Assembly (NCBI GenBank): GCA_045596505.1
Contig: JAZOCO010000005.1
Location: forward strand, 1-54,185
Source of the DNA: Eubacteriales bacterium
GTDB taxonomy: Bacteria; Bacillota; Clostridia; Oscillospirales; CAG-272
Reading direction: 5' to 3'
Length of the DNA stretch: 54,185 nt
Shown piece after piece: positions 26,219-34,343 of the stretch. The translations under genes and the position numbers were made by a program. Within the stretch, counting starts at the first letter, position 1, and each line of letters begins with the position of its first letter. The notes under the pieces are model-generated. The model had not been told where the DNA came from. It saw only the letters and a program-made list of their open reading frames with translations, and made no database searches.

Positions 26219-26360
26219 AAGAAAACACCTCTCTTTTTCAAAGTCGGTTTATTCTATGCAAGAGGCGTTTTTAATATGATTTTGTGCTTTTGTCGGTAGT
26301 AAATCACGGTGCAAGTCCCTGCGCTTGAGCCTTCACTCACCTCGTGAGCCTTTTCACGGC

Positions 26361-26399
26361 ATACAGCAAGGGCGCCCACCTTGGGGCGCCCTTGCTGTA
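26361..26399 (-). terminator. Intrinsic terminator after tRNA-Leu
   Basis: ATACAGCAAGGGCGCCC..GGGCGCCCTTGCTGTAT long stem immediately 3' of the tRNA on the minus strand. Confidence 0.6.
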
Positions 26400-26484
26400 T
26401 GGTGCGGGTGACAGGGGTCGAACCTGCACGCCTCACGGCGTAAGATCCTAAATCTTATGCGTATGCCAATTTCGCCACACCCGC
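26400..26484 (-). tRNA. tRNA-Leu (anticodon TAG)
   Basis: Reverse complement gives GCGGGTG acceptor, anticodon loop TTTAGGA, long variable arm, GGTTCGACCCC T-arm and CCA. A TTGACA-N17-TATCAT promoter lies upstream on the minus strand. Confidence 0.85.
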
Positions 26485-26601
26485 ATAGTATAGCTATTTG
26501 TTCTTTGCACGCTTTGTTATGATACCACAAAACCCACCATTTGTCAAGTCCGAGGTAAGATATTCTTTCCACCTCCCCCGATATAAACTCGAAAATACCC
26601 T

Positions 26602-26630
26602 TTGACAAACAGACGAGACGGTGCTATAAT
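26602..26630 (+). promoter_or_regulatory. Consensus sigma-A promoter
   Basis: TTGACA (26602-26607), 17-nt spacer, TATAAT (26625-26630). Confidence 0.6.
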
Positions 26631-26664
26631 AAAAAAGACGTCACCCGTTTATAGGAGGTCTGTT

Positions 26665-27282
26665 ATGCAAAACTTTACTGTAACCATTGCACGCGGCTTT
26701 GGCAGCGGCGGTCGCACCATCGGCAAGATGCTGGCAGAGCGTCTTAACATTCACTTTTATGACCGTGAAATTATGGAGCTTGCCTCAGAGCACAGCGGCA
26801 TCAGTCTTGATCTTTTTGACAAGGCGGACGAAGCGGGCAAGATCTCCCTTTTCAAGCGCTATGATCGCTCGTACGGCAAGCAGATCATTCCGCCCGATCG
26901 TGGCGAATTCACCTCCGACGACAATCTGTTTAATTTTCAGGCAAAAATGATCAAGGAAGTGGCAGGAAAGCACAGCTGTGTGATCGTCGGTCGCTGTGCC
27001 GACCACATTCTGCGTGAAAAAAAGAATGTATTACGCATCTTCATCTATTCCTCTGAGGATTTCTGCGTGAACAAGGTGATGGAGCTTTACGGACTTTCAA
27101 AAAAAGAGGCAGAACGCAAGATTGAAAAGATCGACCGCGCGCGCAGCACCTATTACCGCTACTACACCGGTAACGACTGGGACAATGCAAGAAATTACGA
27201 TCTTTGCCTCAATACCGAGGAGCTTGGGTTTGACCGTTGCGTTGACATTATTGAGCACTATATCAACGTGCTGTATTCATAA
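26665..27282 (+). CDS. Cytidylate kinase-like family protein
   Basis: ATG at 26665 after an AGGAGG RBS. IARGFGSGGRTIGKMLAERLNIHFYDREI is the AAA_28 / cytidylate-kinase-like P-loop variant. Confidence 0.75.
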   Translation: MQNFTVTIARGFGSGGRTIGKMLAERLNIHFYDREIMELASEHSGISLDLFDKADEAGKISLFKRYDRSYGKQIIPPDRGEFTSDDNLFNFQAKMIKEVAGKHSCVIVGRCADHILREKKNVLRIFIYSSEDFCVNKVMELYGLSKKEAERKIEKIDRARSTYYRYYTGNDWDNARNYDLCLNTEELGFDRCVDIIEHYINVLYS

Positions 27283-27338
27283 AATATCAAGGGGCTTGTC
27301 GACCAAACGCCTTGGCATTTGAGACCGCCCCTTTTTTC

Positions 27339-27908
27339 TTAATTCTCAGGCGGCAGAGCCGTACCGGAGATCAGATCAGCAAAGCAATCGGGTGTGTTCA
27401 CGGGCACGCGTACACCGATGATATGCAAGTACCGTAATGAGGTATAATTGTAATCACGAAGGGGTCTATCAAAGGTATCGATGGAGTGTGCGCTGACAAG
27501 GGGCGTTTCCCCCGAAAAGCCCGTGACGAGCAGCGTGTGATAAAAATCACCCTCGCTGTTTGCAAGCTGTATCACGTCACCCACCTGCAGCTCCTCGGCA
27601 GTCGCCTCTCGCCCAAAGGGCCCCGTATTTCCCCCTGCCTCTACAAAGCGCGGCGCGGCGGTCATATACTCCCAAAAAAACTCCACACTCGTCCAAGCAG
27701 GCGCGCGATCCTCGGTACTGCGGTAGTACCACCCAAAGTTCGGGGTGTAGTTCATCACGCAGCTCCCCGCAAGAAGTGCCTGGGACACAAAATTTGTGCA
27801 GTCGCCGCCTATACCCGTAAAATTATAAAACAAGGGGTTGCGGGAATAGGCATAACGGCGGGCATATTCCACCGCACGTGTGCGGTCATACCCCTTATAC
27901 GCGATCAT
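27339..27908 (-). CDS. Putative amidase domain-containing protein
   Basis: MIAYKGYDRTRAVEYARRYA ... GGDCTNFVSQALLAG ... APAWTSV ... HT pattern of the putative amidase domain (Cys-His). ATG at 27908 lies 6 nt after GAGGTG. Confidence 0.7.
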   Translation of the reverse strand: MIAYKGYDRTRAVEYARRYAYSRNPLFYNFTGIGGDCTNFVSQALLAGSCVMNYTPNFGWYYRSTEDRAPAWTSVEFFWEYMTAAPRFVEAGGNTGPFGREATAEELQVGDVIQLANSEGDFYHTLLVTGFSGETPLVSAHSIDTFDRPLRDYNYTSLRYLHIIGVRVPVNTPDCFADLISGTALPPEN

Positions 27909-27987
27909 TATCATCACCTCGCTTTTAGCATATGCGCCAAAAACGGCATCGGCTACACGCCGATGCCGTTTTTTATTATTCTGCGCC

Positions 27988-29472
27988 CTACGATGCAACA
28001 AGATCGCTCACGTTCACCTCGCCAAAGCGCTCTGCCAGCTTTTGTGAGATCTCCTCAACGGTAAGCGTGCGAAGCTCCTGTGGCGTAAAATGCTCAGCTA
28101 AGCCCTCGGCCACCAGCTGCACCGTCGCGTCGTTCACCTCGATCTCGTTTTGTGAAAAGACATCGGTGAGTGTGGCGGCAAGCGCCGCGTCGTCGATCGT
28201 GCCGTCCTCCCGCACAGGTGCCGCTTGCAATGCCACGGTCATGTCCGAAAGAAGCTCGCCGTGTGCCTCACTGATATTTTCGGGCAATCCCATCGCACGA
28301 AGTGCACTGCGCATACCCACGTCAACAAGCGCCGTGCCAACAGGCTTCATACGGGGATGGGTGGCGATCAGCTCCCTTGCATCCTTTAAAAAGTCACCGT
28401 TTGTGATAAGGTCGGCGAGCGCCGCGTCATCGGCGGCACGGATATCGTCAAATATCTGATACTTGACAAGAAGAGCAAACACATCCGAAAAGAAATCAAG
28501 ATCCTGTGAAAGATTATCCTCTCCTGAGGTTGAGAACACCTCAAGGAATGCACAAAGCAGTTCGTTTCCACCGGTGCCCATATCGGGCTTAGCAACGCCC
28601 ATAAATTCCGTGCCGCTTAGCCAATGATTTGATGCCGTATTTAGAACGCCCGCGCACAGAACAGATAAAATGCGTGAGCTTCCAACGTCCTTTGCCACGG
28701 CATCCAGTGCCGCGCATTCCGCCTCGCCGTATTGCTCGGGCTGCTTGCCCCCAAGCACCCGCAGATTTCCAACGATATCAGCAAGCACCGCAAGCTCTGC
28801 GCGAAGATGCACCTTATCCTCCTGCCACTTTGCGGAAGAAAGCCCCTCAAACACGTGCACACCAACCGTGTTGTAAAGCGTGGAGACCACCGGCGTGCCC
28901 TTTGCAGGCTCGATCAGATCCTTTTGATATGTGGCAAGCTCCTCGGCAGCTTCACCCGTAGCACTCTTTTGGACAGAAACGATCACCTCCGAAGCAAGAT
29001 CAAGATATCCAAGCAAGGGAGAGATCAGCGCAAAAATACCGATCAGCCCGATCACAAGCCCTATGGGCAGCGCCGCAAAATGACATTTTACAGTATCCCT
29101 GTAGGGTGGGCGCGTGGCATTGGCAAGGATCCAATAAACAAGGATCAGCACGCCCTTAAGTACAATGTACAAGAGCAAAAACACCGCAGGGGCAAGCAGC
29201 ATTTTCACAAACAAGGCAATGGCATCACCGGCAGATGCCGCACCCTCGAAAAGCGGCGCAAAATCCGTATTCAAGCCAAGCGTTGCCTGCAGCCATAGAG
29301 CTATTTCCGTCCCAAACCTGCCTGCAATTGCGCGCGCCAAGAAAAACGCCGCCACTGCCGCCGCTACGACCGTGCCAAGACGAAGCAGAGATTTTCTCAC
29401 CCCGCGCACTAACGCCATAAACAGATTAAAAAAAAGGATAACCGCACAAGCACCAAGCAGGATCAGTTCCAT
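27988..29472 (-). CDS. Hypothetical membrane protein with CvpA-like N-terminal TM region and large soluble C-terminal part
   Basis: ATG at 29472 after GGGGAG. Four or five TM helices in the first ~190 aa, then an alanine/leucine-rich helical region. No family recognised for the C-terminal part. Confidence 0.5.
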   Translation of the reverse strand: MELILLGACAVILFFNLFMALVRGVRKSLLRLGTVVAAAVAAFFLARAIAGRFGTEIALWLQATLGLNTDFAPLFEGAASAGDAIALFVKMLLAPAVFLLLYIVLKGVLILVYWILANATRPPYRDTVKCHFAALPIGLVIGLIGIFALISPLLGYLDLASEVIVSVQKSATGEAAEELATYQKDLIEPAKGTPVVSTLYNTVGVHVFEGLSSAKWQEDKVHLRAELAVLADIVGNLRVLGGKQPEQYGEAECAALDAVAKDVGSSRILSVLCAGVLNTASNHWLSGTEFMGVAKPDMGTGGNELLCAFLEVFSTSGEDNLSQDLDFFSDVFALLVKYQIFDDIRAADDAALADLITNGDFLKDARELIATHPRMKPVGTALVDVGMRSALRAMGLPENISEAHGELLSDMTVALQAAPVREDGTIDDAALAATLTDVFSQNEIEVNDATVQLVAEGLAEHFTPQELRTLTVEEISQKLAERFGEVNVSDLVAS

Positions 29473-29625
29473 ATTACAACTCCCCAAACAGTCAGTTAAG
29501 TCCATTATATGTAAAATATTCCAATTACTTGCAACACTATTATACCCCATTATCACAAGCTTGTCAATAACCAACAATTGGCAACAAAAGCAATCGTGAC
29601 ATATCTTAAAGCAGGGGGTGATCTT

Positions 29626-30525
29626 TTGAGGATCTTTCTTTTATACGGGGGAAACAGTCCTGAGCGCGCAGTGGCAATAAGCGGCGCGTTGCGTGTGATC
29701 GAGGCCTTTGCAGGCAGCGATCATATCCTCACCGCGCACGACCATCGCGGCGGACTGCCAAGGGACGAGATCTTAGAGGAAATGCGTGCCAGTGACGCTG
29801 TTTTTCTTTGTCTGCACGGCGGCGAGGGAGAGGGCGGGAGCCTACAAGCCGCACTTGAAGCGGCGGGTATTTTCCATTATACGGGCACGGGTCCTGCGGG
29901 CGCCGCGCTGGCACTTGACAAGGCACGTGCAAAAGAGACGGTCGAGGGGGTGGGCGTGCCGATCGCTAAGGGCGCGGTATGGATCCCCCTCTCGCCGCCG
30001 CCAAGCATCCACCTACCCGCTGTGCTAAAACCCGTTTCGGGCGGTTCCAGCGTAGGACTTTGCAAAATAACCACCGCAGCTGAGTTATCTGCCCTTTCTC
30101 CCGCCGAGCCGCTTTTGGTTGAGGAATACTTATCAGGGCGCGAATTTACCGTTGGCGTGCTGGACGGCGAGCCGCTACCGCCCGTTGAGATCATTCCACA
30201 CGGGGGCATTTACGATTACACACACAAGTATACGCCGGGGGCGACCGCCGAGCTTTGCCCTGCCCCCATCTCGAAAGAGCAATCGGCTCGCCTCACGGCA
30301 CTCGCCATGACCGCTTACAAGGCGCTTGGCCTGCGAGATTTTGCGCGCATCGATTTCAAGGAAGCCGCCGACGGCACACCCTGCTTCCTTGAGGCAAACA
30401 CGCTCCCCGGTCTTACAAGGACCAGCTTGCTTCCACTTGCAGCACAGGCGATCGGTATTTCTTATTCCTCACTTTGTGTTCGCATGGCAAGTGCCGCCGC
30501 CAAAAGAAAGAGAGCCTCAGACTGA
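29626..30525 (+). CDS. ddl: D-alanine--D-alanine ligase
   Basis: RIFLLYGGNSPEREVS-type N-terminus, ATP-grasp motifs (EEYLSGREFTVGVL, ARIDF, LEANTLPG). Start is uncertain: TTG at 29626 after GGGGGTG, or 29578/29596. Confidence 0.85.
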   Translation: MRIFLLYGGNSPERAVAISGALRVIEAFAGSDHILTAHDHRGGLPRDEILEEMRASDAVFLCLHGGEGEGGSLQAALEAAGIFHYTGTGPAGAALALDKARAKETVEGVGVPIAKGAVWIPLSPPPSIHLPAVLKPVSGGSSVGLCKITTAAELSALSPAEPLLVEEYLSGREFTVGVLDGEPLPPVEIIPHGGIYDYTHKYTPGATAELCPAPISKEQSARLTALAMTAYKALGLRDFARIDFKEAADGTPCFLEANTLPGLTRTSLLPLAAQAIGISYSSLCVRMASAAAKRKRASD

Positions 30526-30536
30526 TCTGAGGCTCT
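30511..30536 (+). terminator. Intrinsic terminator of ddl
   Basis: AGAGCCTCAGA CTGA TCTGAGGCTCT followed by T6. Overlaps the ddl stop codon. Confidence 0.8.
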
Positions 30537-30597
30537 TTTTTATGCTTGGAATTTTAGCGCCTTTATCGGCAACATGCTCGCGCTTGCACTTTTTTAA

Positions 30598-30775
30598 GGG
30601 TCATTCTGAGAGTTTTTGCGGGTCACTCTGAGGGCTTTTGCTTTTTGTGGGTCATTCTGAAGATTTTAACAAAAAATCCGAAGGATCTCCGAAAACGCAA
30701 GAAGCGTTTTCGGCGGTATGTTCGCACTAAATCCATTTAAAGCCTTAAAGTAACATTCAGCCAAGCAAAAGCGAT
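30598..30775 (+). repeat. GGGTCAYTCTGAG tandem units plus conserved ~100-nt module (locus A)
   Basis: Core motif at 30598, 30620 and 30649. Then CCGAAGGATCTCCGAAAACGCAAGAAGCGTTTTCGGCGGTATGTT, identical to 34028-34072, and CCTTAAAGTAACATTCAGCCAA, identical to locus B. Confidence 0.85.
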
Positions 30776-30777
30776 TC

Positions 30778-32031
30778 TTATCGCACCGTGCCGTCACCCT
30801 CCACGATATATTTTACCGTGGTGAGCGCATCGGGTCCCATTGGACCTCTTGCATGCATTTTTTGGGTTGAAATGCCGATCTCCGCGCCAAAGCCGAATTC
30901 TCCGCCATCGGTAAATCTGGTAGAGGCGTTGCGATAAACGGCAGCGGCATCGACCAGAGAAAAGAATTTGGCGGCAGTGGCATCGTTTTGCGTCACGATC
31001 GCCTCGCTGTGCGCCGTGCCCGTGCGATTGATATGTGCAATGGCATCCTCAACGGAATCCACGATCTTCACCGACATCACGTAATCGTTATATTCGGTGT
31101 AAAAATCCTCGTCCGTGGCGGGGGTAGCACCGGGCAAGAGTGGCAAGGACAAGGGACAGGCGCGAAATGAAAGCCCATATTCCCTTGTTGCTTCAAAGAA
31201 AGCAGGCAAAAACCTTCCTGCCACCGCGCGGTGGCAAAGCAGGCTCTCCGCCGCATTGCAGACCGACGGGCGCTGGCATTTGGCGTTTACCGCTACCTTT
31301 AACGCCTTTTCAAGATCCGCATCGGCATCAATATACACGTGGCAGTTTCCCGCCCCCGTTTCGATCACGGGCACCTTGGCGTTTTCCACACAGCTGGCGA
31401 TAAGACCCTTGCCGCCGCGCGGGATCAAGAGATCCACCAATCCGCGCATTTCAAGCAGTGCCGTGGCGCTCTCGCGCGAGGTGTCCGTCACCAGCCCGAT
31501 CACGTCGGGCGAAATATCGCAAGCGGCAAGCGCCGCCCGCAGCGCCGCAACGATCGCACGGTTGGTGCTGATCGCCTCCTTGCCGCCGCGCAGCACCACC
31601 GCGTTGCCCGACTTTATGGCAATCGCCGCAGCATCGGCGGTTACGTTTGGGCGCGCCTCAAAGATCATTGCAATGACACCAAAGGGCACTTTTTTGCGTG
31701 TGATACGAATGCCCGAGGGGCGATCCCACGCATCTCCACCCGCCAAAGGATCGGGCAGCTCAATGAGCGCGCGCACACCCTCAGCGATCGCAGTGATCCG
31801 TTCAGGCGTGAGCCTTAGACGGTCCAGCATCACAGCGGGCACACCGTTTTCTCCGGCATGGACAAGATCCGTTCGGTTTGCCGCCAAGATCTCGTCACGG
31901 GAAAGCACCAAGCCCTCTGCCATTTTAGTAAGCACGCGGCAGCGCGTAGCGTGATCGGCAGTGGCAATTTCGGGGGAAGCTGCGCGCACACGCGTGCATA
32001 GCTCCCTTACGTTTTCTGATACAGCACTCAT
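30778..32031 (-). CDS. proA: Glutamate-5-semialdehyde dehydrogenase (gamma-glutamyl phosphate reductase)
   Basis: 417 aa. ALDH-type motifs and a sequence typical of ProA (VIETGAGNCHVYID, CNAAESLL, STRFTDGGEFG). Confidence 0.9.
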   Translation of the reverse strand: MSAVSENVRELCTRVRAASPEIATADHATRCRVLTKMAEGLVLSRDEILAANRTDLVHAGENGVPAVMLDRLRLTPERITAIAEGVRALIELPDPLAGGDAWDRPSGIRITRKKVPFGVIAMIFEARPNVTADAAAIAIKSGNAVVLRGGKEAISTNRAIVAALRAALAACDISPDVIGLVTDTSRESATALLEMRGLVDLLIPRGGKGLIASCVENAKVPVIETGAGNCHVYIDADADLEKALKVAVNAKCQRPSVCNAAESLLCHRAVAGRFLPAFFEATREYGLSFRACPLSLPLLPGATPATDEDFYTEYNDYVMSVKIVDSVEDAIAHINRTGTAHSEAIVTQNDATAAKFFSLVDAAAVYRNASTRFTDGGEFGFGAEIGISTQKMHARGPMGPDALTTVKYIVEGDGTVR

Positions 32032-32032
32032 C

Positions 32033-32554
32033 TTAAAGTTCTCTTTCTAAAATTTCTTCAATTTCAACGACGTATACGCGGTGATAATCCCCCGCCTTAT
32101 AATTTTCAAGAAGCTCCGGCAATAGGAACCCCTCCTCCTTTAAGGTATCCGCATAAAGCTTTCGGCAAACAAGCGTAAAGCGTGCTTGGGCGATTACGGG
32201 AACACCCTGATGCATAACGGGTGTTAAGCCCGTCTCCTGCCATTTATTTGTATCCCTTCCGCTTTTCGTGCCACAAACGCGGAGCGCTGCGCGATATTCC
32301 TCGTCAAAAAAGGAAAGCGAAAAGCGCTCTGATTGCTCGGTAAATCTGCAAGTATAGCGTTGCGGTCGCACAAAGCAAAATGCAACGGGACGATTCCACA
32401 AAACGCCCATGCCGCCCCACGAAGCGGTCATGGTATTTACGGCATCCTCGCCCTTTTCGTTTTTGCCGGCGGCTGTGATCAGCATCCAATCCTTACCAAT
32501 GCGGTCAAACACCCCCTCAAGCTCGGCAGGTGTACGTTTACAAAAACCCTTCAT
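32033..32554 (-). CDS. Flavin reductase-like domain protein
   Basis: ATG at 32554 lies 7 nt after AAAGGAG. NTMTASWGGMGVLWNRPVAFCFVRPQRYT matches the flavin_reduct fold pattern. Confidence 0.7.
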   Translation of the reverse strand: MKGFCKRTPAELEGVFDRIGKDWMLITAAGKNEKGEDAVNTMTASWGGMGVLWNRPVAFCFVRPQRYTCRFTEQSERFSLSFFDEEYRAALRVCGTKSGRDTNKWQETGLTPVMHQGVPVIAQARFTLVCRKLYADTLKEEGFLLPELLENYKAGDYHRVYVVEIEEILEREL

Positions 32555-32575
32555 AGCTCCACTCCTTTTAGCCTT

Positions 32576-32613
32576 AGGCACAACCGACAAGTTCGGACTT
32601 GTCGGTTGTGCCT
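32576..32613. terminator. 17-bp perfect hairpin between the small acidic protein gene and the flavin-reductase gene (terminator-like, no clear U-tail)
   Basis: AGGCACAACCGACAAGT TCGG ACTTGTCGGTTGTGCCT. Confidence 0.4.
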
Positions 32614-32742
32614 ATGCGTTTGTATATGTTTAGTATAGCATATTCAAAAGCGCTTTGCAAGAACCACAGACTTGACAGAATCAAAAAAAAGTTTAAAATA
32701 GAAATAGCCGCAACAGCGGACCGTTGTGGCTATTTCGACAAC

Positions 32743-32985
32743 CTATACGTCACTTTGTCGGGCAGAATCCTCGCCGTCTTCCTTATCAAGATCGGCATCC
32801 TGCAGCATCTCATCCGCCTCGTCAAAGTCAAGACAATCCTCGATGTCCTCTTCATCATCATAAACGGTGCAGAACGTAATAAGATTGCGTAGCAAGCGAT
32901 ACAGCACAAAGGCAATGGCGCTGGCAGCTGCGATCACCGAAAGGGTAATGGCAATGATCTTGCCGTAATTGGTCTTGTGTTCCAT
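32743..32985 (-). CDS. Hypothetical small membrane protein with highly acidic C-terminal tail
   Basis: 80 aa. One TM helix (IIAITLSVIAAASAIAFVLY), then a D/E-rich tail. AGGAGGG RBS upstream. Confidence 0.5.
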   Translation of the reverse strand: MEHKTNYGKIIAITLSVIAAASAIAFVLYRLLRNLITFCTVYDDEEDIEDCLDFDEADEMLQDADLDKEDGEDSARQSDV

Positions 32986-33075
32986 AATTGCACCCTCCTT
33001 TTTAGGATCTCACCATTATTGTATCATAAAAAGACAAAAAATACAAGTCGTTTTTAAAAATGAAAGGCAAGCTGT

Positions 33076-33852
33076 ATGAAAAAATTTGAAATCGAACAAG
33101 CGCTTCGCCAAGTCGGCATAGAAAACGCCGCCCTTGAGGCAACGCTTCTTTTTGAGGCGTTTGAGGGCGAGGCGCTTTTGCGGGCTGTTGCCCGACGCTG
33201 TGAGCGATACCCCTTACAGTATATTCTTGGAAAATGGGAATTTTACCGCCAAGTGTACGAGGTAAACGAGCACACCCTTATTCCGCGCTCGGATACCGAG
33301 GTGCTGGTAGAGGAAGCGATCAAAAGGCTGCCGAACGGGGCACGTTTTCTTGATCTTTGTACGGGTAGCGGCTGCATTGCCATCTCCACCCTTGCAGAAA
33401 GGCGCGACACCACTGCCACCGCCGTAGATCTCTTCACCGAAACACTTACCGTTGCCCGCCGAAATGCCGTGCGAAATGGGGTGGATGCGCGCATCACGTT
33501 CCTTGAAGCGGATGCTTTAAAAGCACCGCCCGCCACGCTGACGCGAGGTGGATTTGATGCGATTCTCGCAAATCCGCCGTATATCAAACAGGACGTGATG
33601 CGAGATCTGCAACGCGAGGTCTTGTTCGAGCCTGCCGCGGCGCTCTTAGGCGGCATAGATGGACTTGATTTTTACCGCGCCATCTTGAAAGGGTGGTGTG
33701 CGCTGCTGCGCCCGTGCGGATTTATCCTTTTTGAGATCGGCTACGACCAAGGCGAAGCGATTGGAGCACTTGCTGCACAAAACGGCTTTTCCTGCACCGT
33801 GAAGTGCGATTTTGGCGGAAACGACCGCGTTGCTATACTGACAAGACTGTAA
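33076..33852 (+). CDS. prmC: Peptide chain release factor N5-glutamine methyltransferase
   Basis: 258 aa. LDLCTGSGCIAI (motif I) and the NPPY catalytic motif (ILANPPYI). Confidence 0.9.
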   Translation: MKKFEIEQALRQVGIENAALEATLLFEAFEGEALLRAVARRCERYPLQYILGKWEFYRQVYEVNEHTLIPRSDTEVLVEEAIKRLPNGARFLDLCTGSGCIAISTLAERRDTTATAVDLFTETLTVARRNAVRNGVDARITFLEADALKAPPATLTRGGFDAILANPPYIKQDVMRDLQREVLFEPAAALLGGIDGLDFYRAILKGWCALLRPCGFILFEIGYDQGEAIGALAAQNGFSCTVKCDFGGNDRVAILTRL

Positions 33853-33879
33853 TTGTTTTCCCACATAGGCCCCTTTTAG

Positions 33880-34320
33880 AATCCTCCTGAGAGCTTTGCT
33901 TTTTCGCGAGTCATTCTGAGGGCTTCAACACACATTTAGGGTCATTCCGAGTTTTTTTACTTTTTGCGGGTCATTCTGAGGATTTTTACTTTTTGTGGGT
34001 CATTCTGAGGGTTTCAACAAAGAAACCCGAAGGATCTCCGAAAACGCAAGAAGCGTTTTCGGCGGTATGTTAGCACTAACCCTTTTACTGCCTTAAAGTA
34101 ACATTCAGCCAAATAAAAGACCGGTGCAAACACACCGCGGCGCGATCGTATTTATCGCGCCGAGATCCTTCGACTCGCCTTTGTTGGCTCGCTCAGGATG
34201 ACCCGAAAGAGGCGGCGTTACACACCGCGCCCTCGGCTGTGCCTTAGTCGCAAAAAGCCTACCCTCGCCTTTATGACGCGAAGAGGCTGTCTCAAATTCG
34301 CATTTGAGACAGCCTCTTTA
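33880..34320. repeat. Mosaic repeat locus B: five tandem GGGTCATTCTGAG-type units, the conserved ~100-nt module, an inverted hairpin arm, and a reversed fragment of the cotJ-flanking repeat
   Basis: Cores at 33908, 33939, 33968 and 33997 (29-nt period), with a degenerate unit near 33885. Module at 34028-34114. Reverse arm GAGATCCTTCGACTCGCCTTTGTTGGCTCGCTCAGGATGACCC at 34162-34204. Hairpin at 34281-34318. Confidence 0.85.
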
Positions 34321-34343
34321 TATTATTGGGTTACAAACCCGAA

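Noticed and set aside
31115-31954. 279-aa plus-strand ORF
   Set aside because: It is antisense to proA and has a Ser/Ala/Arg-rich shadow-frame composition.
32031-32033. Missing proB next to proA as a sign of rearrangement
   Set aside because: proA preceded by a flavin-reductase-like gene is unusual compared with proBA operons. proB may simply lie elsewhere, and this cannot be judged from the window.
33908-34009. Possible CRISPR array, considered because of the regularly spaced GGGTCATTCTGAG repeats (29-nt period)
   Set aside because: The repeat core is only 13 nt and the spacers are 9-18 nt. The spacers are themselves similar to each other (TTTTTACTTTTTG). There are no cas genes. It behaves as a minisatellite-like tandem repeat, not a CRISPR.
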